A stretch of 64,000 nucleotides of DNA, from the NCBI GenBank assembly GCA_963735595.1, contig CAVTLK010000002.1, positions 512,001 to 576,000 of the forward strand, in the 5' to 3' direction. Made by a program: the position numbers and the translations under genes. Origin of the DNA: an uncultured delta proteobacterium. Lineage in GTDB: Bacteria; Desulfobacterota; Zymogenia; Zymogenales; Zymogenaceae. Of the stretch, positions 12,105 to 21,839 are shown piece by piece (within the stretch, counting starts at the first letter, position 1; each line of letters opens with the position of its first letter). The notes under the pieces were generated by a model. That model did no database searches, was not told the DNA's origin, and saw only the letters and a list, made by a program, of their open reading frames with translations.

Positions 12105-12120
12105 TGCAAAATATTTTGCA
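12105..12120. promoter_or_regulatory. Perfect palindrome, candidate activator site
   Basis: TGCAAAATATTTTGCA about 155 bp upstream of the sigma54 promoter at 11934. Confidence 0.55.
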
Positions 12121-12184
12121 GGTGGTGTAAGAAATACGGTGGGTCAGGGATATCGCCGGATACGGCGGGGTGCGGGTCTCCGCA

Positions 12185-12340
12185 GTTGTTGCGAGGAGGG
12201 CACATCGGGGCCGATGTGGCAATCCCCCGACTGTCACCGGGAACCCCCCTCCGTCATTGCGAGGAGGCCGAAAGGCCGACGCGGCAATCGCATCAGAGCA
12301 GGGTGGGGGAGAGTGTCAACGAAAGATTTGACCCGTCGCG
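12185..12340 (+). repeat. Composite palindromic repeat, copy A
   Basis: Two GTCATTGCGAG...GCAATC-type units, then GCATCAGAGCAGGGTGGGG and a GTGTCAA...TTGACCC hairpin; direct repeat of about 12823-12977. Confidence 0.8.
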
Positions 12341-12545
12341 CCCTCTCTCGAAAGGATGGCCGCCTTTAATAATTATCAGCATATATGCCGCCCGTCTTGC
12401 GCTTACGTTACTTCACCGTCATTGCGAGGGCATTAACAGGAAACCCGAAACGTTTCCCTCAATGAATAAGGGTCAAACGGAGACTTGAGCCCTTTTAGTT
12501 TGTCCTTTTACTTTTTAAACAGACCGAGGCCTGCGGCACGGTGTC

Positions 12546-12713
12546 AGTAACCGAGAAACCAAGAAACCAAGAAACTAAGAAACTACGCCGAGCCCGCACG
12601 TGGGACTGGTTCCCCTGGTTTCTCTTTCCCGGCATAGTAAGAAACCATGTAAGTATATGATATCTTTTGAGATAGAGATATGGTTTCTTGGTTTCTTTAG
12701 TTTCAGGGATTAC
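12546..12713. repeat. Inverted pair of 8-mer tandem arrays
   Basis: (GAAACYAA)x4 at the left end and three reverse-complement copies (TGGTTTCTTGGTTTCTTTAGTTTC) at the right end. Confidence 0.75.
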
Positions 12714-12720
12714 GGGGTAC

Positions 12721-12804
12721 GCGGGCCGCACTAATGCGGCCCCTACGGGTGCTAACCGGGATCGCGGAGACGCTTGTAGGGGCGGCGATGTTTAATACTG
12801 CCGC
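12721..12804. repeat. GTAG-type REP doublet
   Basis: GGGCCGCA-CTAA-TGCGGCCCCTAC ... GTAGGGGCGGC; similar pairs at about 9719-9800 and 14777-14855. Confidence 0.65.
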
Positions 12805-12822
12805 TCCGGCGACGATTACTAT

Positions 12823-12977
12823 TGTCATTGCGGGGAGGCCGAAGGCGACGAAGCAACCTTCTGACTGTCACCAAGGACGGCCCGCGTTATTGCGAGGAGG
12901 GCGCAGCCCGACGCGGCAATTGCATCAGAGCAGGGTGGGGGGGGGGAAGTGTCAAGAAAGACTTGACCCCTCGCGGC
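12823..12977 (+). repeat. Composite palindromic repeat, copy B
   Basis: Same order of units as 12185-12340. Confidence 0.8.
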
Positions 12978-13267
12978 TCCTTTATATCTAAGGGATACTC
13001 CTTATTGGTGGTGACCTTAAAACTAACGTCAGGTCTCGCGAAATGAGTTAAGTTTAACGTAGTAGCTTTTGCCATAATACGTGTTTCGTGTGTATACCAA
13101 ATAATGATAAAGGCCGTAAATAATAGAATCCCATCTGTAATAGAAAAACAACTAATATTGGTAAGTATTATTGGTAAACAAACTCCGGCTAATAGTAAAA
13201 CTATAAGCGTCTCATAAACGTACGGGCTTAACTTGTCGATTAGGCAGGCTAATATTTTTTTAAACAT
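12887..13267 (-). CDS. AT-rich hypothetical membrane protein, 3' end running into a repeat (possibly truncated)
   Basis: RBS AGGAGAG before MFKKIL; two hydrophobic helices; the last ~30 codons are read from repeat copy B. Confidence 0.55.
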   Translation of the reverse strand: MFKKILACLIDKLSPYVYETLIVLLLAGVCLPIILTNISCFSITDGILLFTAFIIIWYTHETRIMAKATTLNLTHFARPDVSFKVTTNKEYPLDIKEPRGVKSFLTLPPPHPALMQLPRRAAPSSQ

Positions 13268-13460
13268 AGCTATGTCTCTCCTGGTTACGGTCTCGGAACG
13301 GTTAGCATGATGTAATATCATATGGTGACAGTGAGGGGATTGCTTCGTCGCTTCACTCCTCGCAATGTCCGTATTTGGGGGGGGTAAGAACCAAAGCCGG
13401 CCTTACTTGCAGAGAAACGCTGTAAGGGTCAAACGGAGACTTGACGCCTTTTGCCTCCCT

Positions 13461-14135
13461 TCATTTGAAGTACTCTAAAACTAAATACACTATAACGCCT
13501 AGTAATGTTGTGAATAAAGAGCCCAGGAATACTAGGAAAATCTTCTCCTTATTCCTTTTAAAGAAGTGAACCTTTAACTTCTTACTCTCCACACTAATCT
13601 TATTAACCATCACGTAGTTTCGCATGTATATTACGATAAAGAAAAGAAATATTGAGATTAGCATCATATATAGTATTGGTAATGAATCTAAGCCAATAAA
13701 TCTAATACCTAAGAACATATTGAAAAAAAGATTCAGTACCATAAATACAGGGATACCTATAAAAATAGTACAAAACATTTTGTAAAAAATATCTATTGCG
13801 GGACTTTTCCGGGCTTTTAATAGAACTTCCTCTAGTTTCTTTGCGATGCCGAAAACCTTTACTGAGTCTTCACGATAAGTTATTTCTGATGTCCTAGGAT
13901 TTACTGTGAGTGAGAGTACGATGGCCCCATAATTAACGAATCTAAGTTCGTGGATTGGCTCATCAAGGTCAATCGTCTCCAGTTCATCTATGCTATCCAG
14001 GTTATGATCTCCAACCTGTAGCTCGTAATCTTTTGCTATATGCGTCCTGAATAAAGAATCAATCTCCTTTATATTATCTTTATAAAGGTTAAGCAGTGGC
14101 AAGACGATACTTTTTTCTACCTGTCTATCTCTCAT
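13461..14135 (-). CDS. AT-rich hypothetical membrane protein
   Basis: 224 aa ORF with three C-terminal hydrophobic segments; much lower GC than its flanks. Confidence 0.75.
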   Translation of the reverse strand: MRDRQVEKSIVLPLLNLYKDNIKEIDSLFRTHIAKDYELQVGDHNLDSIDELETIDLDEPIHELRFVNYGAIVLSLTVNPRTSEITYREDSVKVFGIAKKLEEVLLKARKSPAIDIFYKMFCTIFIGIPVFMVLNLFFNMFLGIRFIGLDSLPILYMMLISIFLFFIVIYMRNYVMVNKISVESKKLKVHFFKRNKEKIFLVFLGSLFTTLLGVIVYLVLEYFK

Positions 14136-14216
14136 AAACTAGCCCCACTAATTGCTCAAGGATTGAGTCCGAAAGAAACAGAAAGTCCTCGAATACTACG
14201 TTGTCCCTTATACCAG

Positions 14217-14603
14217 TCAGCACTCGGACGAACCTTCGCCCTCCTCTCGTCCCCCCAGATACCCCTTCAAATCCTCGTCCGACCATCCGCCGGGGCCGGG
14301 CCTGCTGGGGGTGCCGGCAAACAGCGGCTTGAGCGGTTTCGCGAAAAAGGGGGGCGTGCTCGGGATTCCGCCGGTGGAAGGCCGGGAGGGGAGGCTTCCC
14401 GTGGCGTCGCGGACGAAGCCGACCGCCCGGTTGTTGGAGGTCGAGAGGATCCCTTTCTCGAACCACCCACGGTGCCTCCCGTTGGTCCCGTAGACGTTAT
14501 TGTTCGTGATCCACGCCACGACCTTCCCGATCTTGCTGCGGAAGCAGTCCCGGTCAAAAATCAGCGCGGCGCGGCCCTGTTTGTCGAAGATCCATTCGGC
14601 CAT
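14217..14603 (-). CDS. Hypothetical protein resembling the 4-fold beta-flower family
   Basis: Repeated D/N-x-x-G hairpin units (IFDKQG, VYGTNG, STSNNRAVGF), then a Pro-rich tail ending GGWS. Confidence 0.65.
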   Translation of the reverse strand: MAEWIFDKQGRAALIFDRDCFRSKIGKVVAWITNNNVYGTNGRHRGWFEKGILSTSNNRAVGFVRDATGSLPSRPSTGGIPSTPPFFAKPLKPLFAGTPSRPGPGGWSDEDLKGYLGGREEGEGSSEC

Positions 14604-14864
14604 GATACTATCCCCTGAAACATGGATGACGGTGCCGTTTCCGGCGGCGCGCGACGGTGCTGTGAGGGCAGGTAGCGGAAACCGCGGCAGCGGGGCTGCA
14701 TTCAGGTGGAACAGGTGACGAGATATACGATACGGGCGCGGCCGGCCGCGCCCGTCGATACGACCATCTTACTGCGGACACCACATGTGGCGCCCCTACG
14801 GGTGCTGATGCGAATCGTCTATACGACTCGTAGGGACACGACATGTCGTGTCCGGTTGTTCTTC

Positions 14865-17505
14865 TTAGCACTTCGAAAACCCGCAGGCCGTGCACGTCAC
14901 GCATCCGCTTTCGTGGACCATCGACGAGCCGCAGTCGGGGCAGGTCACGATCGAGCGCAGCGGCTCTTCGTCGCGGATGAGCTTTTTGATCTGGGGCTCG
15001 CCGGATTCTTCGATGTAGAGCCTCAGCGCCTTGGCGATGGCGTCCGAGCAGGAGAGGATCTGGCTCCCGTTGTACCAGAAGGGGCTGGGGCAGCGGATGC
15101 CCGAGAGCTGCTTGATGATCGAGTTGATGTCTATGCCGGAGCGGAAGGCAAGCGAGATCAGCCGGCCGGTCGTCTCGTTCTGGGAGGCCGAGCAGCCGCC
15201 CGCCTTGCCCATCTGGGCAAACGCCTCGAACAGCCCGTGCTCGTCCTCGTTGATGGTCACGTACAGGTCGCCGCAGCCGGTCTTCATCTTGCGGGTGGTG
15301 CCGCGGGTGACGTCGGCCCGCGGACCGGGGTGTCCGGGCGACGGTCAGCGGGGCGATGCCTTCCATCGGCAGCTCGAGCTGGGGCGCGGCCGCCCCCTCG
15401 CGGTTGACCTCGCCGATGTTGAGCACCTGGGCCTGGCGGCTCTTGTCCCGGTAGACCGTCACCCCCTTGCAGCCCAGCTCGTAGGCCAGCTCGTAGACGC
15501 GCCGGATGTCGTCCTCGGTGGCGTGCTCGGAGAAGTTGACGGTCTTGCTGACGGCGTTGTCGGTATATTTCTGGAAGACCGCCTGCATCCTGATGTGCCA
15601 TTCGGGGGCGATGTCGTGCGCGGTGACGAAGACGCGCTTGATGCGGTCCGGGACTTCGCTCGATGCCGGAAAGCCCGCCGGTCTTGGCGATCTTTTTCAT
15701 CAGGTCGTCGCTGTAAAACCCGTCGCGCTTGGCGCGGGCCGCAAAGAGCTTGTTGACCTCCACGAGCTCGTCGTCGTCCATGACGTTTCGGATGAACGAC
15801 AGCGCAAAGATCGGCTCGACGCCGGAGCTGGCCCCCGCGATGATGCTGATGGTGCCGGTGGGGGCGATGGTGGTGGTGGTGGCGTTTCGCATCATGCGCA
15901 CGCCGTCTGCGGCGTACGTGCTCTCGGGAAAGTTGGGAAACGACCCCCGGTCGACGGCCAGCTTCATCGAGGCTTCCTTGGAACGGCTCTGGATGAAGCT
16001 CATGACGTCTTCGGCGGCCGCCAGGGCCTCCTCGGAGTCGTACGGGATATCCATCTGGATGAGCATCTCGGCAAAGCCCATCACCCCCAGGCCGATCTTG
16101 CGGTTGGCCTTGGTCATCCGCGTCTATCTCGGGCAGGGGGTAGTGGTTGGCGTCGATGACGTTGTCCAGAAAACGCACGGCGCGTCTCGACCACGCGCGC
16201 CCAGCTTCGTCGAAAGTCCGGCGTGCCGTCGGGCGCGACCATGTGGGCCAGGTTGATGGAGCCCAGGTTGCACGACTCGTACGGCAGCAGCGGCTGCTCG
16301 CCGCAGGGGTTGGTGGCCTCGATCGCGGCCGGCCTTCGGCGTCGGGTTGTCGGCGTTGAGCCGGTCGATGAAGACGATGCCGGGCTCGCCGCTCTTGTGG
16401 GCCATCCGGACGATCTCGTCGAATATCGGCGCGGGCGTTCTTTTTCTCCTGGTTTCGTCCGGTGCGGGGGTTCTTCAGGTCGTAGTCGCTGCCGTCCGTC
16501 GACGGCCCGCATGAACTCTTCGGTGAGGGCCACCGAGATGTTGAAGTTGTTGAAGCGCTTCAGGTTTTCCTTGGCGTGGATGAACTCCTCGATGTCCGGG
16601 ATGGTCGATGCGCAGGATGCCCATGTTGGCGCCGCGGCGGGTGCCGCCCTGCTTGATGGCCTCGGTGGCGGCGTCAAAGACGGTCATGAACGAGACCGGG
16701 CCGCTGGAGACGCCCTTGGTCGATTTCACGATGTCGTTTTTGGGGCGCAGGCGCGAAAACGAAAAGCCGGTGCCGCCGCCGCTCTGGTGGATGAGGGCGG
16801 TGTTTTTCACGGTCTCGAAGATGTCTTTGAGCGAGTCGCCCACCGGCAGCACGAAACAGGCCGAGAGCTGCTGGATCTCCCGCCCGGCGTTCATGAGGGT
16901 GGGGGAGTTGGGCAGAAAGTCGACCGAGGCCATGAGGGTATAGAAGGCGCGCGCGACGCCTTCCACGTCGCGCGGCCGGGTCGTAGGTCCGCTCGACCCC
17001 GGCGATGTTTCGCGCCACCCTGAGGAACATGTCGTTGGGCCGCTCGACGATCGCCCCGTCTTCGTCTTTCCTGAGGTAGCGCCGCTCCAGCACGGTGATG
17101 GCGTTTTCGTCGAGGGCCGGCTCCATCAGGGGCGATTCATTGATCTGGTCGGGCGGGCTCGGGCGGCTACGGCGCGGGGCGGGACGCGCCTCGGGCGCGC
17201 GGGGCGGTTCCGGGGGGGCGTCGGCCGATGTCTCGGCCGATGCTTCGGCGGACGGGGCTCGTCGAGCACGGTCGTCGGCACGGTCGTCGGATTCGGCCGC
17301 CGGTTCGGAGTCCGCCGGGGCAGAGTCGGCCGGGGCGGCGTCGCCGCCGCCTCGGGGCCGTCACCGCCGTCTCGGGCGGCGGGCGCGCCGGTTCCGCCCG
17401 GCTGCTCCGGCGGGCCGGATGAGGAAGCTCGGGAAAGAGGTCCCCGGTCTTCGTTTCATCGGGCCGAGTTTGTCCGCGGGCGAAAAAGTCTTTGATCTGT
17501 GCCAT
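14865..17505 (-). CDS. nrdJ: Class II (adenosylcobalamin-dependent) ribonucleotide reductase with fused TSCPD/Zn-ribbon C-terminus; several frameshifts
   Basis: Fragments carry [69 protein letters not shown] and CPDCG...CTACGFSKC. Confidence 0.92.
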
Positions 17506-17571
17506 GGTGCACCTCGAAGATCGTGAAAGAGAAGCAATAACGGAGCGGAACAGCTCGTGAAACGGCTTTAC

Positions 17572-17619
17572 ATCACTATGTAGTGTAGTGGATATATACT
17601 ACGGTCCAACATATTGTAT
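17572..17619. promoter_or_regulatory. Two tandem NrdR boxes
   Basis: ATCACTATGTAGTGTA (17572) and GTCCAACATATTGTAT (17604), 32 bp apart, upstream of nrdJ. Confidence 0.78.
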
Positions 17620-17624
17620 GTCAA
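17596..17624 (-). promoter_or_regulatory. sigma70 promoter of nrdJ
   Basis: Minus strand TTGACA-N17-TAGTAT, overlapping the second NrdR box. Confidence 0.7.
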
Positions 17625-17789
17625 GGAAAAAGCCCGTAAAAAAAGCGGCCGTCGGCGCCGATTTTAACGATGCGCCGGGGCCGTCCGGGGCAGGGAAGAT
17701 CGGGGCCGGGGGGAACCGGGGGAGGGGGGCGCGTGTCCTAACTGTGAGAGGGGAGGGAGAGAGGCGTTATCCTGGCGGGGGAGGCGTCC

Positions 17790-18105
17790 GGGTGCCACGG
17801 GCAACCGTTGGTTGCCCGTGCCGGGAGGGACACCGACAAGCGTTGCTTGTCGGTGGCACCCATCGCCATGCACCGCGCAATGACGAGGGAGGTTCCCGGA
17901 GTTAGTCAGGGGATCGCCACGGGGCCTAAAGGCCCCTCGCGATGACGGTATGTGCCGGGAGGGACACCGATAAGCCGGGTTGCCACGGGAGCTGTCGCGC
18001 CCTCGCAATGACAATAGTAATCGTCGCCGGAGGCGACATCGTTATGTATTGTCGGTAGCACCCATCGCCATGCACCGGCAAGCTTCGCTTCGCCGGTGGC
18101 ACCCA
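17790..18105. repeat. Cluster of GGGTGCCAC-type REPs interleaved with GTCATTGCGAG-type repeats
   Basis: GGGTGCCACGGGCAACC...GGTTGCCCGTG (17790), inverted copies at 17831 and 18073, plus CCTCGCRATGAC units. Confidence 0.8.
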
Positions 18106-18178
18106 TCGCGATACGCTATGCGATGGCGGTATGTGGGGGAGGGGGGTCGGCCGCGATTGACTGCCTCCCGAAAACCTG

Positions 18179-18207
18179 TTGACAATGCATATAATATTGC
18201 ATAAAAT
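18179..18207 (+). promoter_or_regulatory. sigma70 promoter of the tol-pal operon
   Basis: TTGACA-N17-TAAAAT; the spacer contains TGCATATAATATTGCA. Confidence 0.72.
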
Positions 18208-18249
18208 AGACATAATTTACTTCAAACATTATATGTAATAGAGGCAGAG

Positions 18250-19024
18250 GTGGATCTTTTCGAAGCGAATCAGCGACCTGTTATTCGGCAACGCCCAGGA
18301 CATCGAGACCATCACGTCCATCACGCAGGCGGGGCCGGTGGTCAAGGGGGTCATCCTGATCCTCCTGTTCTTCTCGGTCGTCTCCTGGGGCATCATCATC
18401 TACAAGTTCTTCGTCATCAACGCGGCCCGGCACGAGTCGAGCCAGTTCCTGGACGTCTTCTGGACGAACAAGCGCCTCTCGATCCTCTACGAGGAGGCGC
18501 GCCGCTACAAGAAGAGCCCCATCGCCCAGGTGTTCCGGGCGGGGTACCTCGAGTTCCAGCGGGTCGTCTCGGCCGCCCGGATCCCGAAGGCGCGTACCGA
18601 CGAGCAGGGCAACCCCAACGCCAGGGACGCCGCCGGCATCAGCACGGAGCTGCTGGGGGTGGAGAGCATCAGCCGGGTGCTCAGGCGCAGCATCATGGAG
18701 GAGGTGACCCGGCTGGAGAGCTACCTGACGTTTCTGGCGACGACCGGCAGCACCTGCCCCTTCATCGGGCTGTTCGGCACGGTCTGGGGGATCATGAACG
18801 CCTTTCGCGGAATCGGGATCAAGAGCTCGGCCTCGATCGGGGTGGTGGCCTCGGGGATCTCCGAGGCGCTGATCGCCACCGCCTTCGGGCTGTTTGCGGC
18901 CATCCCGGCCGTCGTGGCGTATAACTATTACCTGAACAAGATCAGGGTGCTCACCACGGAGATGGACAACTTCTCCTCGGAGTTTACCAACATCGTGGAG
19001 AGGCACGTAAAGCGGATCAAGTAG
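18250..19024 (+). CDS. tolQ: TolQ (MotA/TolQ/ExbB family); probable frameshift near the 5' end
   Basis: FLATTGSTCPFIGLFGTVWGIM and GISEALIATAFGLFAAIPAV. Confidence 0.92.
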
Positions 19025-19439
19025 ATGGAGACCCGCAAGAAGGAGTTCACCACCCTCTCGGAGATCAACGTCACCCCGCTGGTGGACGTGATGCTGGTGC
19101 TGCTGATCATCTTCATGGTGACGGCGCCGATGCTCCACGAGGGGCTGGACGTGGAGCTGCCCCAGGTAACGGGCGGAGTCGATCGCCAAGGAGTCCTCGA
19201 CGGTGACGGTCACCGTGACCAAGGAGGGGCGCGTCTTCGTCGACCAGGAAGAGGTGACGCTCGGCGAGTTGACCTACCGCATGGAGCAGATGCGGCGCTT
19301 CTGGCCGGACAAAAAGGTCCTGCTGAAGGGGGACAAGAACGTTTCGTACGGGACGGTGGTGGAGGTCATGGCGGCCCTGAGGTACGGCGGGATCGTCGAC
19401 CTGGGCATGGTGACCGAGCCGCTCCAGGAGGAACAGTAA
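19025..19439 (+). CDS. tolR: TolR (frameshift near 19175)
   Basis: [24 protein letters not shown], then [15 protein letters not shown]...LGMVTEP. Confidence 0.9.
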
Positions 19440-20408
19440 CGCCCAGGAGAAGATCGATATCGAAAACCCAGCGGCCCAGGTCGGGACTCTCTCTCACGAT
19501 CGTGCTTGTCGGCGGCTCATCCACGCTGGTCCTCTTCGGGCTGCTGGCCTACAACGTCGCCTCCGACAAAGAGGAAACGGTCGTCTTTTCCCCCCCCTAT
19601 TCGGTGAGCCTGGTCTCCGGCGATGAGCCGGGAGAGGGCGGGCAGGACGGCGTGGAGCCGCCGGTGATCGACGGAACGGACTCCAGCCCGCCGAGCCGGC
19701 AGAGACCGTGACCGAGGCCGAGACCGTGACGATCCCGGTCGAGAAACCGTTAGAGGTCGCCAAGAACGAAGAAGCCGGAAAAGCCGCCGCACCGGCGGTA
19801 ACCGAAGAGAAGAAGAAGCCGATCGACCGAGAAAGAAGACCGAGACCACCGAAGACCTTGACTTCGGCCATCGAAAAGATCAGGAAGAAGATCGAGGCCG
19901 AGGAGGCCGCCAAGAAGAAGGAAGCCGACGAAAAGAGGCTCGCCGAGAAGCCCAAGGAGACGGCGAGCCACCGGCCCGGAGACGGCGAAACAACCGGCCA
20001 CGCCGAAGGACCGCGGTACCGCCGGCGGGCGCCGGCACGACCCCGCGCCCGGCAAACCGGGAGGGGGCAACCCCTACGGCTACGACAACGTGTTTACCGC
20101 CGGCGGCAGCGGCTCACGGCGTGCCGGACGCCGACCTCTCGGCCTACTACAACGAGGTATGGAAGCGGATACGCTCGGTCTGGGCGATGCCCGACGGCAT
20201 GAATTCCAGCAGCCTTTCGACCGTGTACGGCATCAGGATCGACCGGCAGGGCAGGATCGTGGATGTCTGGATGGAGAGCGGCTCCGGAAACGGCATGTTT
20301 GACGACAGCGCGTTTCGGGCCATCAAGAAGGCCGACCCGCTTCCTCCCATCCCCGAAAAATATACGGATACCACGATGGACGTGGGAATACAGGTTTCAT
20401 TCGGATAA
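19440..20408 (+). CDS. tolA: TolA/TonB-family protein (frameshifted; start approximate)
   Basis: N-terminal hydrophobic anchor, Lys/Glu/Ala-rich linker, C-terminal [24 protein letters not shown] domain; lies between tolR and tolB. Confidence 0.8.
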
Positions 20409-20420
20409 GCGGTGAGGAGC

Positions 20421-21778
20421 ATGAGACGAAGCATCATTACGGTATCGGTGATGGTCGGCATCCTTATCGGGATTGTTCGGCACGTTCGGGTCCGCCCCGG
20501 CCAAGGTCTACATTGATATCGACGCCCCGGGCTTCAGGAAGTTTCCGGTGGCGGTCCCCGACTTTATCGCGGTGTCGGCAAAAGACACCGCGGCCGCCGA
20601 GGAGGCCAGAAAGGCGCTCCTTTCGGCGACCTCTTCAATGGCCGGCATCTTCGACGTGGTCAGCCCGGTGCGGTATACCCCGAACCCGGATCCGGCGCAA
20701 CGATACCTCTCCAAGACCAACTACGCCGTATGGAAGAAGGCGGGGGCAGACGCCGTTATCAGGACGACCTACGAGATGTCGGGAAACAACATCCTCGTGG
20801 AGATCCGGCTCGTCGACGTCGTCAACGAGCGGCTCGTCTTCGGCAGAAAGTATAAGGCGGGCAAGAACGACTTCTCCCGGGTTATCCACAAGTTTGCCGA
20901 CGACCTGATGCTAGGAGTATACCGGCGAAAAGGGGATCTTCCAGACCATGATCAGCGTTTGTTACCGATCTCCACGGGAAAAAGGAGATCTACATCATGG
21001 ACCTGGACGGCAACAACAAGGTGCGCCTGACGAGCAACCGGGTCATCGACCTTTCGCCCGCGTGGTCGCCGGACGCCACGAAGATCGTCTACTGCTCCTT
21101 CAAACAGCGCGCGCCCAAGATATTCATGATGAACATCAAGACCGCATTCCGACCGACTGGTGGCGGGGTTCGAGGGGATCAATATCGGCGCGGACTTCTC
21201 GCCTGTGGGCGGCGGCATCGCCTTTACGTCGAGCAAGGACTACTACCCGAACCTCTACATGATCTCGGAGGGCGGGCACGGGGCTCAAGCGCCTCACCAA
21301 CGGGCCGGATATCGACGTCTCGCCGTCTTTCTCGCCGGACGGCTCCATGATCGCGTTTACCTCCGACCGGGGGGGGTCTCCCCAGATATACGTCATGAAT
21401 CCGTGGCGACCGGGGCGGCCAGGACGGATTACCTATTCGGGCGGGTACAACACGTCTCCGGACTGGTCGGCCCGCGGAGACAAGATCGCCTACGTGGGGA
21501 TGACCGGAGGGATGTTTCATATCTACGCCGTCAACAAGGACGGCACCGGCACCACCCGCCTGACGTCGGGTACCTACGACAACGAGGACCCGTCGTGGTC
21601 GCCCGACGGGAGGTTTATCGTCTTTTCCTCGACGAGGTCGGGACGCTCCCAGCTCTACTGGATGCGGGCCGACGGTACCGACCAGACGCAAATACCGGCG
21701 ACCGGGGGCAATGATACGTCGCCCGAGCTGGTCGGGGCGCGTGATTTTTTAACGCGGATACGGATCGCCGAGGGATGA
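20421..21778 (+). CDS. tolB: TolB (frameshifted)
   Basis: Signal peptide, VYIDI...PVAVPDF N-domain, repeated SPAWSPD / PSWSPDG propeller blades. Confidence 0.9.
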
Positions 21779-21839
21779 AAATAGTATTGAATGAACGGTT
21801 AAATTCGTTTATAGTAGTATAAAAATGGAGGGATTCGGC

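Noticed and set aside
12185..13450. Possible CRISPR array or integron attC array
   Set aside because: Repeats are degenerate, irregularly spaced and of several families; no cas or intI gene; no RYYYAAC/GTTRRRY core sites
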